Source: Candidatus Bathyarchaeota archaeon
GTDB lineage: Archaea; Thermoproteota; Bathyarchaeia; Bathyarchaeales; Bathycorpusculaceae
Length of the DNA: 64,000 nucleotides
Direction: 5' to 3'
Assembly: GCA_023488905.1 (NCBI GenBank)
Contig: JAMDCQ010000010.1
Coordinates: 12-64,011 of the forward strand
In this document: positions 10,126-18,568 of the stretch, piece after piece
How positions within the stretch are numbered: position 1 is the first letter of the stretch
Layout of the letters: the number at the start of each line of letters is the position of its first letter
Notes under the pieces: model-generated
Database searches by the model: none
Told to the model about the DNA's origin: nothing
The model's input: only the letters and a program-made list of their open reading frames with translations
Translations under genes and position numbers: made by a program

Positions 10126-10615
10126 TTTGTTTTACCTCCTCAACTATTGGGGCAGGCTCAGCCTTTGGAGCTCCAGCCTGTTTTTTCTGCTTAGGCGGGT
10201 TTATGGCGCTGAGTAGCTTAACAACTCCATCGATGATTGCTTCGGGACGGGGGGGGCAACCCGGTATGTAAGCGCTTACGGGAACCACTTTGTCGACTCC
10301 GCCGACGACACTGTAGTTTCCCTCAAAGACGCCGCCGCTACAGGCACATGCACCGATAGCGACAACAAATTTAGGTTGCGGCATCTGGTCATAGACGCGT
10401 TTCAGTCGTTCAGCACATTGGTGCGTGACAGCACCAGTAACCAATAAAACGTCAGCGTGGCGGGGTGAAGGTTCAAGTTTTATGCCGAAACGTTCAACGT
10501 CATATTTTGGTGTGAGCAGAGCAACGATTTCTATATCGCAGCCGTTGCAGGCACCAGAGTTAAAGTGAAGAACCCAAGGAGACTTGACGCGCGCCCACGT
10601 TTTTGTGTCAGTCAC
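10115..10615 (-). CDS. nuoB: NuoB-family subunit of group 4 [NiFe]-hydrogenase small-subunit type
   Basis: 166 aa with GACNGCDIEIV, GACACSGGVF and IPGCPPRPE. The first motif is the hydrogenase CxxC type rather than the CCxxE of canonical NuoB. Confidence 0.88.
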   Translation of the reverse strand: MTDTKTWARVKSPWVLHFNSGACNGCDIEIVALLTPKYDVERFGIKLEPSPRHADVLLVTGAVTHQCAERLKRVYDQMPQPKFVVAIGACACSGGVFEGNYSVVGGVDKVVPVSAYIPGCPPRPEAIIDGVVKLLSAINPPKQKKQAGAPKAEPAPIVEEVKQNAQ

Positions 10616-10944
10616 TGATCTTTACCTCCTTCAAGGAGGACCACTCCCGCCGCGAGGATTATACCTAAATAGAGAATCAGTAGGAGAGGGTTTGTTGCTG
10701 AAATTGCAAACGCTGCAAACGCGAGAACTAGTACTGAAGCGTCAAAGATTACGAAGTAAATTAGGTACTTGTAGAGTGAGACGTTGATTTTGAGACCTTG
10801 GAAGGTGACTTTCTCTCCGCAGGCGTAGGCAGCTTGTTCGTTTTCGCTTATAACGGTTTTTGGAGCAGATCTTTTTCCTATATAGTAGATTGCGAGAGTT
10901 GCGACAAAAATTAAAACGAAAGCGACGAGCGCTTCAACAATCAT
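10612..10944 (-). CDS. nuoA: NuoA-family membrane subunit
   Basis: 110 aa with YACGE and FVIFDAS, which resemble the NuoA YECG and FLIFDVE blocks. First gene of the conserved order. Confidence 0.75.
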   Translation of the reverse strand: MIVEALVAFVLIFVATLAIYYIGKRSAPKTVISENEQAAYACGEKVTFQGLKINVSLYKYLIYFVIFDASVLVLAFAAFAISATNPLLLILYLGIILAAGVVLLEGGKDQ

Positions 10945-11165
10945 GCTGTTTTCTCTCCGTTAAAGGTCGTACCCATCAAGTCTGCCTCAAGGGAAGAGCC
11001 AATTTGGCACTTGTTATAACCGAATGCGTCTAAACGAATGTTATTAAGGGTTTCTGAAAAGCAACTAGACAAATGAACAGTACCGTCGAACATCGCTAAT
11101 GGGTAAATTGATGAAGAAATGCCATGCTTACACATGGTGCCTAGCATACTCTCTCCCATCCGCAT
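10941..11165 (-). CDS. small hypothetical ORF translationally coupled to nuoA
   Basis: 74-aa ORF whose stop overlaps the nuoA ATG (ATGA). No recognisable motif. Confidence 0.25.
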   Translation of the reverse strand: MRMGESMLGTMCKHGISSSIYPLAMFDGTVHLSSCFSETLNNIRLDAFGYNKCQIGSSLEADLMGTTFNGEKTA

Positions 11166-11315
11166 CTGCTAATTGCTCTCCTATACTGCCCCGAGATTGT
11201 TCACTAAAAGCACTACACTTGCATTTAAATTTTGAGAAAACAAACAGTTAAAATTTCATGTTTTCTTCAAAGATTCAACGTGTAAATTAAATCATACTGC
11301 ACAATGTCCAGCGGT

Positions 11316-12419
11316 CTACACCGAGATTTCATCGCTTAACCCATTCTCAGGATATGGGAACAGATGTGACTTCTCTAAGGGGTAAGTGATTGTAACTTCC
11401 TGACCGATACTAATCCAGTCTTCAGCTAAAGAAGGCCGACTAATAACGAAGCGGTCACCGTTCTCAAGCCGAACCTCATATCGGACAACAGTTCCCTCAA
11501 AAGTGGTTTTATCGATTTTACCCTGCAAACCATTCGCTACTCTAACGTGGCCACTCTTCATCTCGCAAGTTTCAGGTCTAATCGCTAAAACAACACGCTC
11601 GTTGAGCTTTATGTTCCTCTCGTTAAATGCCTTAACTTTTAAGCCCTGCCTTAACTCGATTTCCGCAGTATCACCGTCCAACGAGGTAATGTAGCCTTCA
11701 ACAAGGTTGGATTCACCGATAAAGAAAGCTACAAACAGGCTGTTGGGATGCATATAGAGTTCTTTTGGGGTTCCAATCTGGATGATTTTTCCTTTCTTCA
11801 TAACCGCGATGCGATCAGAAATCGACATAGCTTCCGCTTGGTCATGAGTAACGTGAATCGCGGTTAATTTGAGGTCTTTTGCCATTCGGCGAATTTCGTA
11901 TCGGATGTCGTTGCGGACTTTAGCGTCCAGTTGCCCCAGAGGTTCATCCAACAGCAGAGTTTTTGCGCCAGCAGCCAGCGCACGAGCGACCGCTATGCGT
12001 TGCATCATGCCGCCGCTGAGTTCACTGGGGTAAGCATTTAGCCGTTCATCGAGTTTGACGAGTTCAAGCACTTCGTGACCAATCGTTTCAGATTGCTTTG
12101 CGTCATAGTTCTTAACTTTGGGGCCATACAGGACATTGCTCCAAGCGGTCATATGAGGGAACAGGGCGAAAGTTTGGAAGACGAAGCCTATGTCGCGGTC
12201 TTCTGGGGGGTCTTTGTCGACTCTTCGGTCGCCGATGTAGATTTCGCCGCCGTCTGGGTCAATCAGTCCAGCTATAAGTCGGAGAAGAGTGGTTTTGCCG
12301 CAGCCGCTTGGACCCAATAGCGAGAAGTATTCTTGGTCATGGATGGTTAAGCTGACGTGGTCTAAGGCGTAGAGTTTTCCATATTTTTTGACAACGTTTA
12401 CTACTTTTACGTCTGGCAT
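11316..12419 (-). CDS. ABC importer ATP-binding protein (PotA/FbpC/CysA-like, C-terminal TOBE-like domain)
   Basis: Walker A GPSGCGKTT, signature LSGGMMQR and Walker B LLLDEP. The ~120-aa C-terminal extension is typical of importer ATPases. Confidence 0.9.
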   Translation of the reverse strand: MPDVKVVNVVKKYGKLYALDHVSLTIHDQEYFSLLGPSGCGKTTLLRLIAGLIDPDGGEIYIGDRRVDKDPPEDRDIGFVFQTFALFPHMTAWSNVLYGPKVKNYDAKQSETIGHEVLELVKLDERLNAYPSELSGGMMQRIAVARALAAGAKTLLLDEPLGQLDAKVRNDIRYEIRRMAKDLKLTAIHVTHDQAEAMSISDRIAVMKKGKIIQIGTPKELYMHPNSLFVAFFIGESNLVEGYITSLDGDTAEIELRQGLKVKAFNERNIKLNERVVLAIRPETCEMKSGHVRVANGLQGKIDKTTFEGTVVRYEVRLENGDRFVISRPSLAEDWISIGQEVTITYPLEKSHLFPYPENGLSDEISV

Positions 12420-12470
12420 ACCTTGTCTTCTCCTTTTGTTTGGTTTGGGGTGTTTTTATTGGTTATCATA

Positions 12471-14357
12471 CTAAACTTTTCCCTTTCTAGTTAAGAGCCG
12501 CAGGGTCAACAGAACGATGAAGCTGAACAGGATAAGCAATCCGCATGCTAAACCTACATTTAATGCGTTGACGCCTTCGATAGGTGAAATTGTGCCTCTG
12601 ACTGAGTTAACCCAGTTCACTATCAAAACAGGCGCAGTCTGTAACTGCGTGGCTACAGCCAATGTTGCACCCGTTTCGCTTACGCTTCGGGTTAAAACGA
12701 TGATTGCACCTGAAAGGACGGAGTACTTTGTTATTGGCCAAACAATTGTGCGGAAAACAGTTAGGGGTTTTGCACCTAAAGTTTTAGCGGCTTCTTCCAT
12801 GTCCACGCTTATGCGCTCCATCGCGGCGGACATAGAGCGCACGAAGTATGGGTAAGTTATTGCTAAGTGAGCAAAAACCAACAGTACAAACTCGGGAACT
12901 CCGGGAACGTTTGACCAGAAGAATTTTAGCGAGACACCCAGAGCTATCGAGGGCACGATGATTGGGATGTTGATTAATGTGTCAAGGATGGATGAGAACC
13001 ATTTACCGAAGGTTTTGCGTGCAATTAAAATCGCCATAGGTAACCCCAGAGCGATGCCCAACACCGTAACTACAGCGGCTAATCCGTAGGACAATGTGAG
13101 GCTCTGCCAGAAGCTAGCCCAGATGCCTGCACCTGTAAACGCCTCAACTAAGGTGTTTCCTGTCGCGATTGCTTGGAAAGCAGGCAAAGCTACAAACATC
13201 GAAGGGATCAACACTATTACAAAGAAAACTGCTAAAGCAATGCCGTTTCGGGTCCAAGCACCAGTCTTGTAGCTGAGTTTCTTCTCAAATGTAGGCAACC
13301 CGTGACCGAATGGAAGCTTTAGTCTTTGCCCAACTACACGAATTAATACGAAGATGATTAAGGACACAACTATGAGGATTAGACTTGCAAAAACGGTTGC
13401 GCCTTCATAGGTTCCTTGAGTGATAGCACCACTTTTGAACTGATTGCTTACTGTTTGCATGAAAACTGGACCATTGAGAAAAACCCCTGCAGCAACTATG
13501 AAAGTCGCGCCAGTTTCTGAGAGCGACCTTGCAAAAGCTAACGTGAAAGCTGCTATCAGTGAGGGCTTAATAATTGGGAACGTCACGGTCCGAGAAGCGG
13601 TTAGTGGCGGAGCGCCAAGGGTTCTAGAGGCACGTTCATACTCCATCTTGTAGTCGAGCATTGCACCTACGACGACGCGAACCACTACGGGAAATGAAAA
13701 AGTGAAATGCAGAACCATAACAAGAAGCCAACCGGGAGAGATAAACGGTTGCCCAAACAAGTCTGATATGCCGCCGCTTGAACTCCAGAACAAAAGAAGC
13801 GAATAACCCAAAGCCGCGGTAGGCACAACGAAAGGCAAATCCGCCAAAGTATCCAAAATTGTAAGCCACCTTGATTTTCCGCGGGTGATAAGCCACGCGA
13901 GCGGAACCCCTGCCAAGAGGTCAAGAGCCGCAACAACCAAACCGATGACAAACGAGGCTCCGATGGCGCCTAAAGCGGTGTTCATCAACTCGGGGTTGCC
14001 AAGGATACTATCTATGGAGCCAACTTTCGTTAATATGCCAATAATTGGGGGGATGAGGATTAAGGCAAAAAAGATTATGACGGCGGAGAGATAGAGGGTG
14101 TACTTTAGGGGTTTTTTGGAGGATAAACGATTAAGTGTGTTTGAGGCTTTGCTAAGCAAGGTGCCGCTCCTTTGGTTTACGCGCTTTTTTCTCTCAAAAG
14201 AAATCTTAATTGAGGGTTCCACTATATTAGTTGTTACATAGAAAGGGCTTCTTTCTTCATAGATTTGGCTTTTGATATATAGCCTACCTGTACCAAAAAA
14301 GCAGAAAAAGGCAACCAATGTCCAGAGGCGGGATTTGTTCAATCCGTTTGTACCCAC
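12471..14357 (-). CDS. ABC importer permease, fused double MetI-type domain (FbpB/ThiP-like)
   Basis: Two internal permease halves, each with an EAA-like loop (ASRTLGAPPL, AAKTLGAKPL). The true start is uncertain because the N-terminal ~80 aa look non-homologous. Confidence 0.82.
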   Translation of the reverse strand: MGTNGLNKSRLWTLVAFFCFFGTGRLYIKSQIYEERSPFYVTTNIVEPSIKISFERKKRVNQRSGTLLSKASNTLNRLSSKKPLKYTLYLSAVIIFFALILIPPIIGILTKVGSIDSILGNPELMNTALGAIGASFVIGLVVAALDLLAGVPLAWLITRGKSRWLTILDTLADLPFVVPTAALGYSLLLFWSSSGGISDLFGQPFISPGWLLVMVLHFTFSFPVVVRVVVGAMLDYKMEYERASRTLGAPPLTASRTVTFPIIKPSLIAAFTLAFARSLSETGATFIVAAGVFLNGPVFMQTVSNQFKSGAITQGTYEGATVFASLILIVVSLIIFVLIRVVGQRLKLPFGHGLPTFEKKLSYKTGAWTRNGIALAVFFVIVLIPSMFVALPAFQAIATGNTLVEAFTGAGIWASFWQSLTLSYGLAAVVTVLGIALGLPMAILIARKTFGKWFSSILDTLINIPIIVPSIALGVSLKFFWSNVPGVPEFVLLVFAHLAITYPYFVRSMSAAMERISVDMEEAAKTLGAKPLTVFRTIVWPITKYSVLSGAIIVLTRSVSETGATLAVATQLQTAPVLIVNWVNSVRGTISPIEGVNALNVGLACGLLILFSFIVLLTLRLLTRKGKV

Positions 14358-14424
14358 AGAGGCTTAAATACGGTTTTCCAGCTAGGAGGTACCATACTAC
14401 TGCTATTGCAGGTAATGACTGAAA

Positions 14425-14685
14425 ATGGCGGAATCGATAAGAGACATCATTTGTAACGATCTAAGATTCGGCGTAACAACAGTTCGACCAAACCGCGCCA
14501 CAAAAAACTGCCGAATACGGAAACTACTAATCGAGTATTACATAAACGACTTCACAACTATTCTGGTTATCCCCCGCTCATGCAGTCGATGCCCAAAAAT
14601 GGATGATTGCACAGACGAGTTTATCCTCCAAATAATAGAAAAATCAACCCAAAGAAAAGAAGAGGACCACCACTTTGTTCTTTAA
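14425..14685 (+). CDS. hypothetical small protein
   Basis: 86-aa ORF in an otherwise empty gap. No motif support. Confidence 0.2.
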   Translation: MAESIRDIICNDLRFGVTTVRPNRATKNCRIRKLLIEYYINDFTTILVIPRSCSRCPKMDDCTDEFILQIIEKSTQRKEEDHHFVL

Positions 14686-14709
14686 AAGTGGGTAAAGGGC
14701 ATCCGAAGT

Positions 14710-15363
14710 TTAGGCTTGGATGCTGGTCTTTTTAGGCATATAGGTTTCAGTTTCTACTTCAGGCAGTCTGTCCTTTAGGCGGCTCTCCGCAGCGACTTCA
14801 GCTTCCTCAAGAATCTGCAACGCCTCAGCGCTCGCCATAACCGTGTTCACCTGCAAATCTTGACTCTGATTGGTTGAGCCAACGATGTCTGAGAGCAGGT
14901 TGCCGATGTTGCCGAGTTCTTGGCTGGCTTCAGGCATTATGCTGCACATTTCTGAGCGGACATTGTTGAGCAAGCTTTTTGCGGGGCTCAGCACAGCAAC
15001 TACGTCGCCTAACTCGGATACTGTGCTTAGGCGCATCGAAACGCTTTGCAGGGCAAGCGAAGCATGCGAGAGCATCTTTTCAACCTTACGTATCTCAGAG
15101 AGCTCAGTCGCGAGAATGTTTGCTCGGGCTTGGTCTCTTTGCGCCATGGCTCTAATGATTCGGTTAAAGATTTCGGCGTCCCGATTCTGGAAACGCACAA
15201 CTGCGGCGTCAAGCGATTTTGTTTGTGTATCAAGCCGCTGTGTAACCATGGTTATTTGTTCTTTTAGGTTGGTTGATGGTTGCCCAACGTTTTTTATTTT
15301 TGAAACCAAAGATTCGTCGGCTGGTTCTTTGGGTTTCCATCTGTCTGTGAAGCGTCTAACCAA
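14710..15363 (-). CDS. ESCRT-III/Snf7 (CdvB)-like coiled-coil protein
   Basis: 217 aa, all-helical, with a basic N-terminal half and acidic C-terminal half and a heptad-like pattern typical of the Snf7 family. TTG start. No cdvA or Vps4 gene adjacent. Confidence 0.45.
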   Translation of the reverse strand: MVRRFTDRWKPKEPADESLVSKIKNVGQPSTNLKEQITMVTQRLDTQTKSLDAAVVRFQNRDAEIFNRIIRAMAQRDQARANILATELSEIRKVEKMLSHASLALQSVSMRLSTVSELGDVVAVLSPAKSLLNNVRSEMCSIMPEASQELGNIGNLLSDIVGSTNQSQDLQVNTVMASAEALQILEEAEVAAESRLKDRLPEVETETYMPKKTSIQA

Positions 15364-15593
15364 ACATGTTTCCCCAAACCCAACTTCTGATTCAGTGATA
15401 AAAGACTGTTCGCAAAAATAAGTTAAAACCCAACCCTGCGGGTATATGAGTTTTTATATTTATCTATAAAGAGGCAACATCTCTGCTCCATGACTTTGCA
15501 CCGAAACCCATTAGCATCGATGGTAAATTGTATTTAAACTAAAACAAAAAACAGCCGCTAAAAAGGCAAAAAGTGGTCTAAAGCTATGTGCCG

Positions 15594-15791
15594 CTACTCT
15601 TTGCTGAACCACTTGAGGTACCACTTAAAGTTCTCGCAAGTATCATTCGACGGGCAAGCCAAGCAGGGGAATTCTTTGCCCGCTTCGTCAATTAAGGCGG
15701 CTACTTTCTTTTTTGCTTCTTCATTTAGCCTCAAGAACTCGAGGCGCTTCTTAAATTCGCCATTCAACACTAAAACCCTAAACAGTAACAA
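15594..15791 (-). CDS. small hypothetical Cys-containing protein
   Basis: 65-aa ORF directly downstream of the 15824-16327 gene on the same strand. Confidence 0.3.
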   Translation of the reverse strand: MLLFRVLVLNGEFKKRLEFLRLNEEAKKKVAALIDEAGKEFPCLACPSNDTCENFKWYLKWFSKE

Positions 15792-15823
15792 GCAAGCGGC
15801 GAATAAAAAACTAACGCGTCGGG

Positions 15824-16327
15824 TTAAACGTGCATCATAGCTACAACTGTTGTATGAGCTTCCTCTATACCTGAAACTTTCTCGTGAATTGACTCAACTG
15901 CCCTCGTTAGCTCCGCCTGATCTTTTGCAGATAGCGGCACAATCAAGTCGCATGGCCCAAAAACCACATCAGCAGAAATCACCTGAGGAAACTTGAGCAG
16001 CTCTTTTTGAACTCTTTCGGCTTCTTGGGGTTCAACGTTAAGAAACATAAACGCTGAAGGCGGCCTTGAGTAGGCGGGTCCTTCAACTGCAACGATGTAG
16101 GTCATGGTTTTGGATAGGCATTTTTTGTCTCCGCCTATCATGCGGATGGGTGTGGACCACTTTTTAACGAATTCGTTTAGGTTTTTTAGTTTATCTAACT
16201 TTATGAATATGTCTATTGGTCCATAGAGTAGGGATATGTTTCCTTTGGGGATGTCCATGGCTAAAAGTTTCTCGATAAGCTCGTTGTAGTGCCCTGCCCT
16301 GCAGGTTAAACCCATATACGCTCTCAA
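15824..16327 (-). CDS. hypothetical protein with two Lrp/AsnC-type ligand-binding (RAM-like) repeats
   Basis: Two ~75-aa repeats, each with a GP(I/C)D(I/L)(F/I) block (LLYGPIDIFIKL, VVFGPCDLIVPL), as in AsnC_trans_reg domains. No HTH seen. Confidence 0.4.
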   Translation of the reverse strand: MRAYMGLTCRAGHYNELIEKLLAMDIPKGNISLLYGPIDIFIKLDKLKNLNEFVKKWSTPIRMIGGDKKCLSKTMTYIVAVEGPAYSRPPSAFMFLNVEPQEAERVQKELLKFPQVISADVVFGPCDLIVPLSAKDQAELTRAVESIHEKVSGIEEAHTTVVAMMHV

Positions 16328-16415
16328 AAAGACACCAATAAAATAACACTACTTAGACGTAAAAAACTATCGCAAATAAAGGGGACAGGGGCAAAAGCCC
16401 AAGCCTAAAAACTCA

Positions 16416-16793
16416 TTAAACGGTGATTTTCTTTGTGGTTATGATGCCTATTTCTGGTTCTGGGGTGGCGACGGTAATTTTTCTGCAGATAAGGTTGAGG
16501 GATTCTTCGGTAAAGTTTAGCATGCTTTGTCCATCAGTGGTTAGGCTGTAGACTTTGCGTGGACGCTCAAAACTCATATTCCAAGTGCTCTGCACATAGC
16601 CTTTCTTTTCCAGCTGGCCCAGTAGCGGGTACACTGTGCTGGGGCCGAAGTAGACGCCAAAGTTCTTGCGGATCTTAGTGATAACTTGGTAGCCGTGCAT
16701 GGGTTCACTACTGAGATACTGCAGTATGATCATGTCTAGGAGGCCTTTCATGAGTTTGGTTGAGACCTCTTTTTGTGAGCTTGCTTTGAACAT
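16416..16793 (-). CDS. PadR-family transcriptional regulator
   Basis: ILQYLSSEPMHGYQVITKI ... STVYPLLGQLEKKGYV is the PadR winged-helix signature. Confidence 0.85.
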   Translation of the reverse strand: MFKASSQKEVSTKLMKGLLDMIILQYLSSEPMHGYQVITKIRKNFGVYFGPSTVYPLLGQLEKKGYVQSTWNMSFERPRKVYSLTTDGQSMLNFTEESLNLICRKITVATPEPEIGIITTKKITV

Positions 16794-16856
16794 TTCTTTG
16801 TTTTTCTCCGTGTTGTGTATTTTTGTCCAACAGTTCGGCTGTTAGACTTGTATACA

Positions 16857-16878
16857 ATATGTCCACACACGGACATAT
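16857..16878. promoter_or_regulatory. palindrome ATATGTCC-N6-GGACATAT upstream of the PadR gene (candidate operator)
   Basis: Perfect 8-bp arms 64-85 nt upstream of the PadR start. It contains ATGT-N10-ACAT, close to the ATGT-N8-ACAT sites reported for PadR regulators. Confidence 0.3.
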
Positions 16879-17204
16879 CTTGAGTACAGAGTATCAATAC
16901 ACAACCATATAAACCCTAACACATAACCCAAGCATACCAAAACACACCCAAACGCAACAACAAACATGAAACTCTATGAAAATAAACACCAAACCATATC
17001 AAAAACGCAAAAAACGCCTCAAAAACAAACTGTACAACACATCAACAGAAAAATCACCGCCTCCCTTACCGACAATAAACAAAGACAAAAGCGCATGGAT
17101 GAAACAAACAAACCAGTACATTAGGAACATTTACAATGAGACAACTTTGCTAACTTATAGCGATTAACCAATGGGGTAGATAAGGCATAACGGGATCATT
17201 AAAG

Positions 17205-17278
17205 TGCGGTAACCGGGATTTGAACCCGGGTCCTAGACTTGGCAAGCCTATGTACTAACCAAGCTGTACTATTACCGC
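17205..17278 (-). tRNA. tRNA-Gly (anticodon GCC)
   Basis: Hand-folded cloverleaf. Acceptor GCGGUAA/UUACCGC, D stem GUAC/GUAC, anticodon stem UAGGC/GUCUA with loop UUGCCAA, and T arm CCGGG-UUCAAAU-CCCGG. Discriminator A, no encoded CCA. Confidence 0.85.
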
Positions 17279-17634
17279 ACGTAGTACGTGCAACGAACAA
17301 TCTAAAAACTTCCTAATAAACTATAGTTTTCAGTCTTTACGAGATTTCTATTCATTCGATAAGAAAACGCAGCATTTTACGAGTACATAGAAGCAAAATT
17401 ACTTGCTCTGTTAACATATTTCCACCTGCATGTTCAACCATCACACGCCTAAATCATCAATGTCCAGAAAACACGTCAGCATCTGGGTTTACAATCTGGA
17501 CAAGAAAGTCGCAGTGAAAAGGCGAATACGTTCTGAATTGACAAATGCGGTTGTAGGCTCTACGGAAAAGCTAAATAAACATAAATCCGCGCCATTAAAT
17601 AAACTGCTATGTAGCCACTATAGATCAGGTATGT

Positions 17635-17712
17635 GCGGTCGTAGTCTAGTTTGGTCTAGGACATCAGCCTGCCACGCTGACGACCCGTGTTCAAATCCCG
17701 GCGACCGCACCA
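17635..17712 (+). tRNA. tRNA-Gly (anticodon GCC), second divergent copy, CCA encoded
   Basis: Acceptor GCGGUCG/CGACCGC, anticodon stem UCAGC/GCUGA with loop CUGCCAC, and T arm CCGUG-UUCAAAU-CCCGG with one U-C mismatch. Discriminator A followed by CCA. Confidence 0.8.
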
Positions 17713-17774
17713 GCAACTCCCCTCATCAAGACAATTCATCGTTTAGCAAGTTGTGGTTGCCTGTTGCAAAGGCA

Positions 17775-18224
17775 TCAGCCCTTGTGGAATACTGAGGTAA
17801 ACATCATCCGCTCCACCTTGCCGTCTTTGCCTGTTACCCAGACCTCGTCAACCAACTCTACCGCCCTATCGATGTGTCGCTCATCCAAGCCAAAGGGAAA
17901 AATAACCACCAGGTAACTGCCCTCAGGTAGGCTGCGGCGTAACTGCGCTACCCGCCAGCGTAGCCACCCTAAATGGGGGCTATTTATGCACTCAACGCCA
18001 ACCATACCCTTCTCATCCCGCGCCACAACGTCAATGTGAAACGTTTTTCCGCCAAGATCAGACGATACCTCAAACCCCATCTCACGATAACCCCTATCAC
18101 ACCACAACTTTAGCGCCGCCGCAACCTTGAGGCTCTCGATAACAGCTGAACCCTTACGCGCATGCCCCTTGTAATTTTCCCTGAGCTCTTCAGGCAACTT
18201 GTTGGCGGCATCATTAGCTATCAT
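17775..18224 (-). CDS. hypothetical protein, possible PD-(D/E)xK (restriction-endonuclease-fold) nuclease
   Basis: 149 aa. The pattern E(VIESL)...GFEV...HIDVVARDEKGMVGVEC resembles Hjc/Mrr-type cores, though the usual Lys after E-x is missing. GGAGG lies 9 nt before the ATG. Overlaps the upstream RHH gene by 11 nt. Confidence 0.4.
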   Translation of the reverse strand: MIANDAANKLPEELRENYKGHARKGSAVIESLKVAAALKLWCDRGYREMGFEVSSDLGGKTFHIDVVARDEKGMVGVECINSPHLGWLRWRVAQLRRSLPEGSYLVVIFPFGLDERHIDRAVELVDEVWVTGKDGKVERMMFTSVFHKG

Positions 18225-18405
18225 TTGTAATAGCCTCCACTGGACCGACGTTAAGCTGTCGAGCCTTCTCGTTAACTAAAACCCTCACGAGCTCAGCATC
18301 GCTCTCAACGCCATAGTACTTTTTCAGCGCTTCAACTTTATTGAGCGATTCGCCTTCAAATTCCACTTGAACCTGAATTTTCCCGTTTGCAGCCATCCAA
18401 CTCAC
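18214..18405 (-). CDS. small ribbon-helix-helix (CopG/antitoxin-like) protein
   Basis: 63 aa. KIQVQVEFEGESLNKVEALKKYYGVESDAELVRVLV fits a beta-strand/helix/helix RHH layout. Coupled to the 17775-18224 gene. Confidence 0.45.
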   Translation of the reverse strand: MSWMAANGKIQVQVEFEGESLNKVEALKKYYGVESDAELVRVLVNEKARQLNVGPVEAITNDS

Positions 18406-18568
18406 CAGTACATTTTATTACGTTTAGTCACATATTATGGCATTCTATATTAACTCATTACAATTTAAGCTTAACGTGCAAAAGCGTGCAAAAACTACCA
18501 AGAACCAAAAGCAAGCAATAACAAGACTTATATCCAAATAAACACAAAAATGCACAAGGCGTAATAAA

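Noticed and set aside
14870-15421. 183-aa ORF on the + strand
   Set aside because: It is entirely antisense to the better-supported ESCRT-III-like gene. Its Ser/Cys/Arg-rich composition is typical of shadow ORFs.
16946-16975. Possible third, degenerate copy of the inner end of the inverted repeat (ATACCAAAACACACCCAAACGCAAC vs TAAACCAAAACACCCACATAAAGAACGCAGAC)
   Set aside because: The similarity is short and lies in low-complexity A/C-rich DNA, so it may be compositional. It needs a statistical alignment before being used as an island boundary.
16976-17167. 63-aa ORF in the A/C-rich tract
   Set aside because: The Lys/Asn/Thr/Pro-rich translation is a by-product of G-depleted DNA. There is no SD sequence or motif.
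17430-17795. 121-aa ORF on the + strand
   Set aside because: It reads straight through the second tRNA-Gly gene, so it is not credible as coding.
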